From assembly GCA_028826165.1 (NCBI GenBank), contig JAPDFW010000059.1:1674001-1738000 (forward strand): DNA of 64,000 nt, written 5' to 3'. Position numbers and translations under genes: made by a program. This document shows positions 26,336 to 40,342 of the stretch, in pieces. The stretch comes from Anaeramoeba ignava BMAN (lineage: Eukaryota; Protista; Anaeramoebae). Under the pieces are notes generated by a model that was not told the origin of the DNA, did no database searches, and worked only from the letters and a program-made list of their open reading frames with translations. Each line of letters begins with the position of its first letter. Position 1 is the first letter of the stretch.

Positions 26336-29300
26336 TTATTTTATTTTTGGAAAAGAAATTAAATCAATTATAGAATTTTGATTTAATTGAAAATAATCTT
26401 TAACATCTTCAAATTCTTTAATAATTTTTGAATTGATTTCTTTTCTTTCATTAAATTCATCATGATAAAAGAAATAAATTAATTGATTTAAAGTTTCAAA
26501 TGATTTTCCTGAATAATCATGAACTTGATTTGAAGAATCATTAACACTTAAAAACATTCCTTTAAATAATTCACTTCTAATAATTAAAATTAATTTATGA
26601 ACTTTAATTTCTTTTTCATTTTCATTTTCTTCATAAATTATTTTGAAATCTTTTGTTTCTTCTTGTTTATAAAGTAATTTTAAATCATTTAATAATCCTT
26701 TTCTTCCTTTTTTTGAATTTATCCAATTTGAATCAAATCCAATTTCTTTGAATATATTTTCAATTTCTTCTTCTTTTGTTTTCATTTCTTTTGATATTGG
26801 TTCTTGTTTTTCTTTATTATTTATAGAATTTTGTATTTTTAATAATTTTTGAATTTTTAATTCTAATTTTTGATTTAATAATTGTTTTATATAAGAAAAT
26901 TAACAAATCCTGTATAAAGAAAAATTAACAGCATCTTCAACAACTTTTTGGGTTTTTGATAACAGATGTTGATAAATTTTTGTAAAATTGATTTATCATT
27001 ATTGAATCTTGTTAATAAAATTAATTTATGAACAAATAATTTTGAAAAATCATTGCATTCAATTATTAAATCTGAAAAATCATTTAAATGGAATAGATTA
27101 TCCATATCTTCATTAATTGAATAAATTTTTGAGAATAAATCAATAAAATTTTTCTTGATTTCTCTTTCTTTCAAATTAAATATATTTGCATCATTTAATA
27201 ATAAAATTTGAGTTAATTCAGTTTTATTAGTATTAATTGTTATAGAAAGAGGTGTTCTATAATCTATTGTTTTTGCATTTATATCGACTCCCTTTGAAAT
27301 TAAAAATTTAACAATTTCAGTTGAATTATTATAACATGCAAAATGTAAAGGTATTTCATTTCGAATTGTTTTTGCATTTATATCTGATCCTTTTTCAATC
27401 AAATATTTAATAGTTTCAATTGATTTTTTGTATTGACAAGCAAAATGTAAAGGTGCTTCATTTCGAATTGTTTTTGCATTTATATCTGATCCTTTTTCAA
27501 TTAAATATTTAATAACTTCAATTGATTTTTTGTATTGACAAGCAAAATGTAAAGGTATTTTATTTTCACGAGTTTTTGAATTAATATCTAATCCTTTTTC
27601 AATTAGTAATTTAATAACTTTGAATGAAATTTGATTGCGACAAACAAAATGCAATGGTGTTATATTTCTAATGGTTTTTGCATTTAAATCCGATCCTTTT
27701 TCAATCAAATATTCAATAATATCAATTGAATTTTGATATTGACAAGCAAAAATTAAAGGTGTTTCATTTCGAATTGCTTTTGCATTTATATCTGAACCTT
27801 TTTCAATCAAATATTTAATAACTTCAATTGAATTTTTATATTGACAAGCAAAATGTAAAGCTGTTTTTTTTTCATTTGTTTTTGCATTTATATCTGAACC
27901 TTTTTCAATCAAATATTTGATAATTTCAATAGAATTTTTATATTGACAAGCAAAATGTAAAGCTGTTTTTTTTTCATTTGTTTTTGAATTTATATCTGAA
28001 CCTTTTTCAATTAATAATTTAATAATTTCAATTGAATTTTTATATTGACAAGCAAAATGTAAAGCTGTTTTTTTTTCATTTGTTTTTGAATTTATATCTG
28101 AACTTTTTTCAATTAAATATTTGATGATTTCAATAGAATTTTTATATTGAAAGGAATAATGTAAAGGTGTTTCTTTTTCATTTGTTTTTGAATTTATATC
28201 TGATCCTTTTTCAATCAAATATTTGATAATTTTAATTGAATTATTTTCATTTTGGCAAGCAAAATGTAAAGGTGTTTTATTATCATATGTTTTTGAATTT
28301 ATATCAGCACCTTTTTCAATCAAATATTTGATAATTTTAAATGAGTTTTGATATTGACAAGCAAAGTGTAAAGGTGTTTTATTATCATAACTTTTTGCAT
28401 TTATATCTGATCCTTTTTCAATCAAATACTTGATAATTTCAAAAGGATTATTTTGGTTTAGACAAGCAAAATGTAATGGTAATTGGTTTGCATCAGTTTT
28501 TTCATTAATATTTAATCCTTTTTCAATCAAATATTTGATAACTTCAAGTGGATTATTTTCATTTTGGCAAGCAAAATGTAATGAATTTTCTTTTATATTT
28601 GTTTTTGCATTTATATCAGCACCTTTTTCAACTAAATATTTTATAATCTTAAATGAGTTTTGATATTGACAAGAATAATGAAAAGGTGTTAAGTTTTGTT
28701 TTGTTTTTGCATTAATATTTAATCCTTTTTCAATTAAATATTCGATAATTTCAAGATTATTATTTTCATTTTGACAAGCAAAATGTAAAGGTGTTTTATC
28801 TATATTTGTTTTAGCATTTATATCAGCACCTTTTTCAATTAAATATTTGATAATTTCGATTGGATTATTTTGATTTTGACAAGCAAAATGTAAAGGTGTT
28901 TTATCTATATTTGTTTTTTCATTTATATATAAGCCTTTTTCAATCAAATATTCGATAATTTCAAGAGGATTATTTTCATTTTGACAAGCAAAATGTAAAG
29001 GTGTTTTGTCTATATTTGTTTTAGCATTTATATCAGCACCTTTTTCAACTAAATATTTGATAATTTCGATTGAATTTTTTTGATTTTGGCAAGCATAATG
29101 TAAAGGTGTTTTATTATAATTTGTTGTTTCATTTAAATTTAAATCTAAATCTTTTTTAGTTAAATACTTAATAATTTCGATTGAATTATTTTCATTTTGG
29201 CAAGCATAATGTAATATTGATTCATTTTTTTTTGTTTTTAGATTTATATCACAACCTTTTTCAATTAATAATTTAATAATTTCAAATGTATTTTGATATC

Positions 29301-30132
29301 TACAAGCATAATGTAATATTGATTCATTTTGGTTTGTTTTTAGATTTATATCAACACCTTTTTCAATTAATAATTTAATAATTTCAATTGAATTTTGATA
29401 TCTACATGCATAATGTAATATTGATTCATTTTGGTTTGTTTTTAGATTTATATCTGAACCTTTTTCAATTAATAATTTAATAATTTCAAATGTATTTTGA
29501 TATCTACATGCATAATGTAATATTGATTCATTTTGGTTTGTTTTTAGATTTATATCACAACCTTTTTTAATTAATAATTTAATAATTTCAAATGTATTTT
29601 GATATCTACATGCATAATGTAATATTGATTCATTTTCATTTGTTTTTGAATTTGAATTATTTGTAAAATGTGTTTTTTGTAAAAAATTAGCATCTTCAAA
29701 TGATTCATTTTTAGAACGAGAATTTGAATTTGATGTATTTTCATTTATCTTTAAATTTAAATTAGCACCTTTTTCAATTAACAATTTAATGATTTCAAAT
29801 GTATTTTTGTATTGTAAAGCATAAAGTAAAGATGATTTATTTTCATTTGTTTTTGCATTTAAATCAACACCTTTTTCAATTAATAATTTAATGATTTCAA
29901 ATGATGATTTATTTATAATTGCGCAATGTAATGAATTTCTTTTTGATTTATCAACTAGATTTGGATTTAATCCTTTTTCAATTAATAGTTCAATCATTTC
30001 TTTTGAAGATTGTTTTTCAAGTGCAAAATTTAAAATTATTTTTTCTTTTTTTTCTAAATTTTTTTCTAAAATATTTTCAAATTTATTTAATAATTCTATT
30101 TTATTTTTTTCAATAATTTCCCAAATATTCAT
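26336..30132 (-). CDS. Ankyrin-repeat protein with two C-terminal BTB/POZ-like domains (frameshift near 26890-26950)
   Basis: More than 20 TPLHFAC...IIKYLIEKGADINAK repeats; FSDLII...VHKLIL...FLYTG; second ORF with TKDFKI...KVHKLILIIRSELFKGMF. Confidence 0.85.
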
Positions 30133-30700
30133 TTTTTATTATATTTAATTTATTAAAAAAGAAGAAAAAAAATGAAAAAAAAATGAAAAAAAAATTAATT
30201 TAAAAAAAGTGGAATAAATTAATAAATATTTTAATAAATATTTTAATTAAAAAAAATGGAATAAATTAATAAATAATTTAATAAATAATTTAATTTAAAA
30301 ATTGGAATAAATTAATAAATAATTTAATAAATAATTTAATTTAAAAAAAGTGGAATAAACTAATAAATAAATTAATAAATAATTTGGAATAAATTAATAA
30401 TAAAATGGAATTTTAATTTAAAAATGGAATAAATTAATAAATTAATAAATAAATTAATTTAAAAATATGGAATAAATTAATAATAAATTAATAAATAAAA
30501 ATGGAATAAATTAATAAATAATTTTAAATTAATTTAAAAAGTGGAATAAATTAATAAATAAATAAATTAATTTAAAAAAAATGGAATAAATTAATTAATA
30601 AATTAATAAATATTTTAATTTAAAAAATATTTTTTTTTTTGAAAATTAAAAAATCATTTTTTTTCTTTTTAAAAAAATTAAATTTAATTTAATAAAAAAA

Positions 30701-32220
30701 ATGTTAAAACCAAAAATTGCACCATCAATGCTTAGTTGTGATTTTTCACAATTAGGAGAAGAAGCAATAAGAATGATTGATTCAGGAGGTATTTTTATTA
30801 ATAAAATAAATAATATAATATAAATAATTGAAAAAATTGAAAAAATTGAAAAAATTGAAAAAAAGCTGATTATCTTCATATGGATGTTATGGATGGACAT
30901 TTTGTTAATAATTTAACATTTGGAGCACCAGTAGTTAATTGTTTAAATAATTATCTTCAAAAAAATACAAAAAAGGAATATGTTTTAGATTGTCATTTAA
31001 TGGTATCAAATCCAGAAAAATGGGTTGAAGATTTTGCTAAATCTGGTGCTACAATATTTACTTTTCATATTGAAGCAACAGAAAATCCATCAGAATTAAT
31101 TGAAAAAATTAAATCAAATGGAATGAAAGTTTCAATTGCAATAAAACCTAAAACAGATGTTTCAATTATTTTTCCTTTTCTTGATAAATTAGATATGGTT
31201 TTAATTATGACAGTTGAACCTGGTAGAAATATTTATTCAAAATATAAAATATAAAATATAAAATATAAAATATAAAATATAAAATATAAAATATTTATTC
31301 AAAATATAAAATATAAAATATAAAATATAAAATATTTATTTAAAATATAAAATATAAAATATAAAATATAAAATATTTATTTCAAAATATAAAATATAAA
31401 AACATAAAAATATAAAATATAAAATATTTAAAATATAAAATATAAAATATAAAAAATATAAAATATTTATTCAAAATATAAAATATAAAATATAAAATAT
31501 TTATTCAAAATATAAAATATAAAATATAAAATATAAAAATATAAAATATAAAAATATTTATTTTAAAATATAAAATATAAAACATAAAATATAAAATATA
31601 AAATATAAAAATATAAAATATAAAATATAAATATAAAAATATAAAATATAAAATATAAAAATATAAAATATAAAATATAAAAATATAAAAATATAAAATA
31701 TTTATTTTTAAAATATAAAATATTTATATAAAATATAAAATATTTATTTAAAATATAAAATATAAAATATAAAATATAAAATATAAAATATTTATCCAAA
31801 ATATAAAATATAAAATATAAAATATAAAATATAAAATATAAAATATTTATTTAAAATATAAAATATTTATTTAAAATATAAAATATAAAATATAAAATAT
31901 AAAAAATATAAAATATAAAATATTTATTTAAAATATAAAATATAAAATATTTATAAAAAGGATTTGGTGGACAATCTTTTATGAAAGATATGATGAAAAA
32001 AGTTGAAATTTTAAGAGAAAAATTACCTAATTTAGATATTCAAGTTGATGGTGGATTATCTCCAAAAACAATAGATTTTGCTTCAAAAGCTGGTGCAAAT
32101 GTTATTGTTGCTGGAACTTCAATTTTTAAATCTGATGATCCTGCTAAAACAATTCAAATTTTAAAAGATTCAGTTCAAAATAATTTAATTGATAAAGATA
32201 AAGATAAAGATAAAAAATAA
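30701..32220 (+). CDS. RPE: Ribulose-phosphate 3-epimerase, three exons
   Basis: [42 protein letters not shown]|FGGQSF, IQVDGG, VAGTSIF. Confidence 0.95.
31223..31960 (+). repeat. Intronic (AAAATAT)n microsatellite
   Basis: Between GT 31223 and AG 31959-31960; splicing restores EPGFGGQ. Confidence 0.9.
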
Positions 32221-32296
32221 ACAGAATTAAATTCCAAAATAATTTAATTGAAAAAATTTCTTGGTTTTATTTATTGTTTTTTTTATTGTTATTGTT

Positions 32297-35200
32297 TCAA
32301 GCACAAAAATGAATATTTCCTTCTTCATCACCTAATAATAATAACCTATGCATTTCAAGAATACTAAATGAGGAAAGAGCTTTAACATTTTGCATTTTCT
32401 TAACTGAGATTGTTGGTTCTTCTATATTTTTAAGTTTTTTTGTATTCAAAGAAGAAATTCCAATTTTAGTTCCAATTAAACATAATAAAACATCTTGATA
32501 AGTTTCAAAACATGTAACTTTCTGATAAAAATTATATCCTTTAAAAAGTTCTGTTTGATTTTGAGTTTGATTTTGATTTTGATTTTGATTTGGAAATAAT
32601 CCATTATCATCTTCTTTAAGTGATGAATATAAATTCCATAATAATATCTTTTTGTCACTTGATAATGATAATAATCTCTTTTTATCATTTTCATAGAAAA
32701 AAACTTGTGTTATTGAAGAATCATGAGCTTTCCAAGAATCATATACTGTTCCCATTCTTGAATCAATAATATTAATATCTCCATTATGTAATCCTACTGC
32801 AATCATTTTCGATGATTCATCAACACATATTGATCTATTAAATCCTGAACATTGACTTTGCACATTCCATTCACATCCAAATTTATTTGTTCGAAGATCA
32901 ATCAATTTAACTTTTGAATCATTTGTTTCTGCAACTAATGCTCCAATTTGTGGAAGATGAACAAATGCTAAGAGATGAAGATTATGATTGATATTATGCA
33001 ATCCATAATGCATTAATCTTTTTTGTGTTTGAACATCCCAAATATGAATTGTTGTATCACATGATCCTATCCAATTATTTTCATTTAGAAAAGAAACTTG
33101 TGAAACTGATTGTTTATGACCAAAATATGAACAAATTTGTTCTTCTTTATCAATATCCCATATCTTCACAGTTCCATCTCTGCTTGCTGTTGCAAATCTA
33201 AATTCATTACTATCAACATCTAAACTTCTTATTGATGAATTGTGTCCTTTATGTGAATGTGCTATTTTACCTTTTAAATCCCATTCATTTGTATTTTGAT
33301 AATATTCTCCATCAATTATTAATTTGGGAATCCAATGTAAATCTGGATCATAAAATGATGTTTTTGGTTCTTCTGTGCTTTGTTGTTTGATTGGTTTTGT
33401 TGTTTGTTGTTGATTTGATATTTCGTTTTTGTGTTTTTTCTGAAATAAAGAATATATTCCTCCTTTCTTTTTTGGTTGTTTAGTTTCTTTTTCTTTTTCA
33501 ATTTCTTTTTCAATTTCAATTTCTTGATTTGATTCATTTGATTGATTTGTTAATAATTTTTCAATTTTCTTATTCCCAAATCTTTTTTGAAGATCAATTT
33601 GTATTGGGTTATCTGCAATAAAATCTTTGAAAAAATCATTTGTTTGAAGTACTTTATCAAGAAGTAAAATAGTATCCAATTTATCCACAACATCATTATT
33701 AATGAAAAGATCAATTGATTCTCTTATTAAAAATGCATTTTCATGTGTATATAATTCTCGATAAGCTTCATAATATTCTTCAATACTAAATTCTTGTAAA
33801 TTTTGGAATGGATCAATATTTTCTAATGTTTTATGTTGATTTGATTCTTGATTTAATTTTTCAATAGGAATAGTCCAAATATCTGTAAAATTTTTAAGGA
33901 ATTTATCAATAACAGGGAATATAAAATGAACAGTTTCTTTTTGTTGAATTTTCATTGAAATTGCAAGAAGTTCCGTAATGAATAATTTGATAACAAGTTT
34001 ATCTTGGAAAAGTATTGGTTTATCAAATATTGAAAATAATGGATCAAAAGCTCCTGCATTTAATTTGGAAATTAGAAATTTTTGATTTACATCAATTATT
34101 AAACTTCTTGAAACATTAAGGAAATTTATAACAAGATTTTCTCCTTTTGATAAACAAAGAATTGATTTCTTTTCTTCTAAAAACTTAAGTAATAATTGTA
34201 AAACAACTTGTGAAATTGCTTTTCTGTGATTTCTTTTTGAAATAATTGAAATTAAAGCATCTGTAATTATTTTTCCATTTGATTTATCTAATAATTTGAT
34301 TAATGGTTCAACAAAAAATTTCAAGAAAATTGAATCATCAAATTTATCAATAAAAGCAATTAAACTTCTTTTAGCAAATCTTGAAATTTCAAGATCGTTT
34401 GATCGAAGAATATCAAATATAAAAGGTAATAATTCTTGTAAAAAATAATGAACTCCAAATTTTAAACTTAAAGATTCTATAAAATTTATTTGGAGAAGTT
34501 GATTTGCAAGCTCTTTTTCATCTTTATATTGTAATAATGATTTAATTGGCGCTCCAAGTAATTTTAATGATTTCTTTCTACCAAGTTTATCTGGTAATTT
34601 AACAAATATTGGAAGTGTTGATAATTTTGTTTGTGTTATATTGAAAAATTCTGTTAAAAATGGAAGTAATATTTTAAACCCTTCTTTGGGAAGTGTTAGA
34701 ATTTGTTCTAAATTATTCATTATAAAATGAAATTGTTCTTCAATTGTTTCAAGTGAATGAAATTTAGAGAGAATATCATAAAGTTCTGAAAAATAGGTTG
34801 GAAATAAATTTAGATTTAAAATTTGTTTTGATTTCAATCTTCTTAAATTATTAGGATTGATCATATTTGATATTGTAACTCTAATTTCTTCAGGTAATTT
34901 GGATAATATACTATCTGGTATTTTTTTGATTTGAGATGAATATTCAGCTCTATCATATGTATAAAAAGGTTCATTAGTAAAAATTTCTACAAAAATACAT
35001 CCTATTGAAAATAAATCTCTTGATATAAGTTCTTGAACACTTTTAAATTTATTTTCAATTTGTTTTTGATTTGGATCTTTAAATAAGTTTTGAGTTTTGT
35101 AAAAATCTTGATAAGTAACTACACAATCTGAAAAACTTGGAATAAAAAGAGAATGAAATTCAATTTTGTATAAATCAATATAATTCTTGCTTAAATCTTT

Positions 35201-37065
35201 AAATGCTAATGGATTTGAGAAATATGTAATTTTATAATTTTTCATCCAATAATTTTGAGATAAACTGTTATAAATTTTATAATCACTTAAATTTTTGTTT
35301 ATAAATTCTGTTTCATCATCTTCAATTCTATAAGTAATTTGATTTTCATTATTTTCATTATTTTGATTTTCATTTTCATTTTCATTTTCATTTTCAATTT
35401 TGTTAATGAAAATGGATCTTGATGGATGAGGATTAGAAAATAATTGAATAAATCCATGCGAATGAGGTGTTGAGAAATTAGTTTGTGTAATATTTTTGGC
35501 TTCTAATCCAGCTTTCCCACTTAATTTATATCCAAATACAATATCAATCCAATCATGAAGATTTTGAGAAACATATTCACTTTCTAACAATTTCATATGA
35601 ATATTACAAAAATCTTCATATGAATTTGCCCAAGATGGAATTGCAAGATCAGGCATATCTGAATGTATTGATTTAAATATTTCTGGATTATTAAAAAATT
35701 CAGGAATAGCTTCATCAGATGTCCAACTATAAAGTCTTTCAATAGAAATTGGATATTCTTTTGGATTGTAATTTGATCTAACAAATTTCCTTAAAATTGG
35801 TAATGGTGTGATTCTAGCAAGATAAACAAAATAAGAAACTTCAGATAATCCTTCTGAAATGTGATATTTATAAGTTTTGAATATTTGATCAAGCATTTCA
35901 TCTTTTTTGATTAATCTAAATTTAGAAACTGATAAATCTCGAAAAGAAGAAATGAAACTTTTATTCCCATTTTCATTTTCATTTGAATCAAGAAAAGGTT
36001 TTGGATCTCTTGTAAAATCAATAATCCATGGGAAAATAGGATGATTGTTTGGATCTCCTGTACATTTTCCAGCTAAAGAATTAAGATAAAGAATATATTC
36101 GAAATTTGTAATTTCTCTTTGATACCATTTCTCAAATATTGATTTTTGTTGATGAATATAATATTCATCTATTGTTGCTGGTGTAAATCCTGTTAATTTG
36201 AGCCATATATCTTTTTGTGATGTAAGTAATAATTTTGAAGGTTTAATATCTCCATGATATAATCCTTTTTTATGTAAATCAGTTGTGGATCTTATAATTT
36301 GATAAATAACAAATAATTTTTGAGTTAAAGTTCCTAATAATCTTGGACTATATTGAAGAATATCTTGAAGAGTATATTTGAAACTGGGATAAAAAATATA
36401 AATTGCTCTTTTTGTTTCTGCAAAGAAATTACTTGTTAAAATTCCTTGATTTTCATTGAATTGATTATGAAGTTTTGAAACTAAATCGTAAGTAATTTCA
36501 AAATTATCATTTGTTATTAATTGATTAATTAATTCAAATTTATCTTCTTTTTCTTTTTCTTCAATTTTATCAATTTCATAATTATTTTCATTTTCATTTT
36601 GATTTTCAATATTTTTTAATCGTAAAGATTTAGAACTAAAATCTGTAATATATGATAAATAATTTGATAAATTAAACATTTTTTGCTTTTTATAAATTGA
36701 TTTCAAATTTGAAGTTGATTTTGATTTGAATTTTAATTTTGATTTAAATTTTGATTTTGTTTTTGTTTTTAATTTTGTTTTTGATTTTGTTTTTAAATTT
36801 TTTAATTCTTGAATAATTTTTGATTTATCTTTTGAAATGATTTCAACAATAACTTTATATAAATTAATATCAGATTCTCCTTTTTCTTTTTTAAAATAAT
36901 TTGGAAGTTCTTTTTTAGTTATTTTTTGGAAATTTTCTGATGTAACATAACATATTGCAATATTTCCTTTTGTTTGATCTGAAAAAGTATGTTGAAATCT
37001 AATTAATTCATTAAAATCATTTTTAAGAAGTTTTTCAATTTCTTGTTTAGTAAAATTTGACCCAT
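32297..37065 (-). CDS. WDR81-like protein: kinase-like region, BEACH domain, helical region, C-terminal WD40
   Basis: HGDIKPS, WYQREITNFEYILYLNSLAG, HPIFPWIIDF, FRDLSVSKFRL, WTSDEAIPEF, LESEYVSQNLHDWIDIVFGYKLSG, GHNSSIRSL...KIWD; likely start ATG 37065 needs a 1-nt correction. Confidence 0.85.
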
Positions 37066-37139
37066 ATAATATTAATAATAATATTAAAAATGAAAAATGA
37101 AAAATGAAAAATGAAAAATGAAAAATGAAAAAATTTTTT

Positions 37140-38594
37140 TTCCTTTTTATTTTAGAAATTAAAAATCTTTCACCAATATTAAGATTAATTAATGTACTTT
37201 TGTTTTTCACTAATTTCTTGATCTAAATAATATCCTTTAAGAATTGTTGATAAAAGATCTTCAGCTCCTAAATGTAAAAGAACTTTTCTGTTATTTTCAT
37301 GATTAGAAATATTCATCAAAGCTCCTAAAGCTAATGAAACAATTTGAGGTGTTTGATTTTCTTTTAATAACAGAAATTACAGAATATAAAAGCTCCTGAA
37401 TCTGCCATTTTTCTCTTCCTTCTTCGCAATATCCAATATTCGAAATCAATCTTAAACTTGAAACTATAATTTCTTGTGATTCTTGATGTGTTTCCATTGA
37501 AGAACATACATATTCTAATCCGTTTTTATTCACGAACTTGATTTGATCTTCAATTTCATATGTTAAATGAATAAATAATTTTAAAAAGAATATTTTGTAT
37601 TTTTCATATGGAATTGTTTCTTTTAAAAACCATTAAATCATAAAAATAATTTGAAGAAGTTATAATTGCTTTTGTTTTCTTTTTGCTTCACAAAGATTGA
37701 ATAAACATCTTAATGAACTTAAAACAAGACTGGGGATATTGTAATAATCATTTAATTTAGTCATGATGAATTCTATTGTTGAATATTTTTGTGAACCAAG
37801 TGTTTTTATATTGTATTGATTTACTGCAAGATTTGTAATTAAATCAAATAATTTTTCAATAATTTGAGGTTGATTGGAAAATTTATTCATAATCAAGGGA
37901 ATAAGTTCAACAACATGAGAAAATCCCATTAAAATTGCATTTATTTGGGAAAGAGAAAAATTGGATAAAGTTGTTAATCCGTTACTAACAATATCAATAA
38001 ATTCATTTGTATTTGTGTATGAAATTATTATTTTTGGAATAAATTGGAATGCTGCATCATTAGCTATAATTCCCAATGATTCTTCAATATTATAAGCAAA
38101 AGAACTTAATGTTTGAAAAATTTGAATAACAATTTCTGATGAATCTTTATGATATTCAAGAATAAAGAACAAAGTATAAATAATAGAATTTAAATTTTGA
38201 ATCAGAGAAACATCTTCAACAACATAACTTAAATTTAATAACCATTTTGCACAGCTCATTTGCAATCTTTTTATTTAATTTCCATTTATTCATAAGTGAT
38301 GAACATATTTCCATTCCTTTGATATTTAAGAATTATTTTCCATTTTCTTCATCTGATGACATATTAACAAGATTAACAACAGCTCTTTTGAATTATATCA
38401 ATTTCTTCATAATGTTTTTGAATTATTTTTAAAAGAAGTTCAATTCCTCCTTCATTTCTTATTAATTCAAGATAAACTTCATCTTGAAGAATATTTGCAA
38501 TTTTACCAAGATTTTCAAATAAATTTTCTTTATCATTTATTGAAAAATTTGTATTTTGAATTAAAATTTGTGTAATTTCTTTTTTTTTATTCAT
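37140..38594 (-). CDS. Armadillo/HEAT-repeat protein, broken into several ORFs by frameshifts
   Basis: ARM-like helices (GGIELLLKIIQKH, LTTLSNFS, LITNLA, LRCLFNLC, LRLISNIG) across ORFs 38373-38594, 37660-38265 and 37303-37533; 3' end approximate. Confidence 0.55.
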
Positions 38595-38732
38595 TTTTAT
38601 TATTATTAAAAAGAGAAAATTAAGAAAATTAAAGAAAAAAATGAAAAAAAAAAAATAAATTTTTCATTTTTCTCATTTTTTAATCAATTTTTTTCTTCAA
38701 TTTTTTCCAATTATTTTTAGTTAGAAAAAAAA

Positions 38733-40259
38733 ATGGAAAATGTTTTTAATAACCAAGACAAACTTGTTCATGATTTAAAACGTTTATTTTTAGATCCAAA
38801 AAATTTTAATGATTTTCAAATTGAAATTAAAAATAGAAATGATTTACCATCAACAATATTTTATTGTCACAGAGGAATTCTTTCTTTTAGAAGTGAATAT
38901 TTTAATGCGTTACTTAGAAGTAAAATGAAAGAATATCAAGAAGGGAAAGTTATTTTTAATGATATTTCTTCACAAACAATGAAAAATATTTTAGAATATA
39001 TTTACACTGGTAAAATTGAAATCAATGAAGAAAATGCATTGGAAACATTAATTAATTCAAAGAAATTATGCTTTGAAGAAGAGTTAATCAAGTTCATATC
39101 AGAATATATTATCAAACTAATTAATATTGATAATGCTGTTGATATTTTACACATTTCCAACCAATATGATTTTGAGAATATTTATAAATATTGTATATAT
39201 TTTTTAACAAGTAATTTTCAAGAAATCATGATGTCAAATGATTTCTATAATATTTCAGAAACTGATTTACAAATTCTTCTTGAGAATGATAACTTGAGTA
39301 TTCGAAAAGAAATTGAACTTCTTCATTCAATTATTAAATGGGCGCAATTTCATTGTGGATTTGAAATTGGATTAGAACATACTTCAGAAAAACAATCACT
39401 TCAAATAAAAGAAAAAATCAAAAATTTATATTCAAAAATTCGTTTTTGTGATATTCCAAAGAAAGAATTTGATAAAATCAAAGAATTGAACTTGATTCCA
39501 GAAGATATTTCAAATTATATCACAGAATTTCATCAATTTGCTCATCTTCCAATCCAACATAAAATGAATATTTATCATTTGAAAGAAAAAACCAAAAGAA
39601 AAAAATTACTAATTTTAGAGAAAAGAAACATTTTCAGAAAAAGTCATATTGTTGGAAATAACAATAGCATCAACAACAATAAATATATTCAATATTTAAA
39701 AGAATGGATCAATGATGATAATTTTTTCAATTCAATGGAACTTGCATTTTCAGCAAGAAATGATGGATTTACAACTAAAAGTTTCCATGAAAAATGTGAT
39801 GATCATGGGAAAAGTTTAGTATTAATCAAAACAACAGAAAATTCAATAATTGGAGGATTTACTTCAATTGGATTTTCAAGTGATAAAAGAAATTGGTCAA
39901 CAGATTCTGAATCATATGCGTATATTGCAGATGAAAAAGCATTTCTATTCACACTTAGAAATTCCAATAAAGAAAATTATTGTAAATTTTCAATAAGAAA
40001 GAATTGGATTCGATATGCTGTTGTTTATGATTTGAATAGAGGACCTTTTTTTGGATTTCTTGGAGATCTTTCTGTTGATGAAACTTTAATAAGAGGATCA
40101 ACAAATCTTGGATATACTTATAATTTACCACCAGAATTAAAATTTGGGAAAAAGAAACAAAACAATGATGGAGATGAAAAATTTACAGGATTAGTTGATA
40201 AATTTGAAATTGAAGAATTGGAAGTGTATTTACTTTTACAAACTATTAAAGAAAATTAA
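38733..40259 (+). CDS. BTB/POZ-BACK-TLDc domain protein
   Basis: CHRGILSFRSEYFNALL, LEYIYTGKI, IIKWA, KIRF, FSARNDGF...FHEKCD...IIGGFTS...AFLFTL...GPFFG...IEELEVY. Confidence 0.9.
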   Translation: MENVFNNQDKLVHDLKRLFLDPKNFNDFQIEIKNRNDLPSTIFYCHRGILSFRSEYFNALLRSKMKEYQEGKVIFNDISSQTMKNILEYIYTGKIEINEENALETLINSKKLCFEEELIKFISEYIIKLINIDNAVDILHISNQYDFENIYKYCIYFLTSNFQEIMMSNDFYNISETDLQILLENDNLSIRKEIELLHSIIKWAQFHCGFEIGLEHTSEKQSLQIKEKIKNLYSKIRFCDIPKKEFDKIKELNLIPEDISNYITEFHQFAHLPIQHKMNIYHLKEKTKRKKLLILEKRNIFRKSHIVGNNNSINNNKYIQYLKEWINDDNFFNSMELAFSARNDGFTTKSFHEKCDDHGKSLVLIKTTENSIIGGFTSIGFSSDKRNWSTDSESYAYIADEKAFLFTLRNSNKENYCKFSIRKNWIRYAVVYDLNRGPFFGFLGDLSVDETLIRGSTNLGYTYNLPPELKFGKKKQNNDGDEKFTGLVDKFEIEELEVYLLLQTIKEN

Positions 40260-40342
40260 TTAATTAATGAAAGAAAGAAAAAAAGGAAAAAAGTTATTTT
40301 TTTTTGCTTTGAAAAATAAATCTAAATTGAAAATTAAATTTC

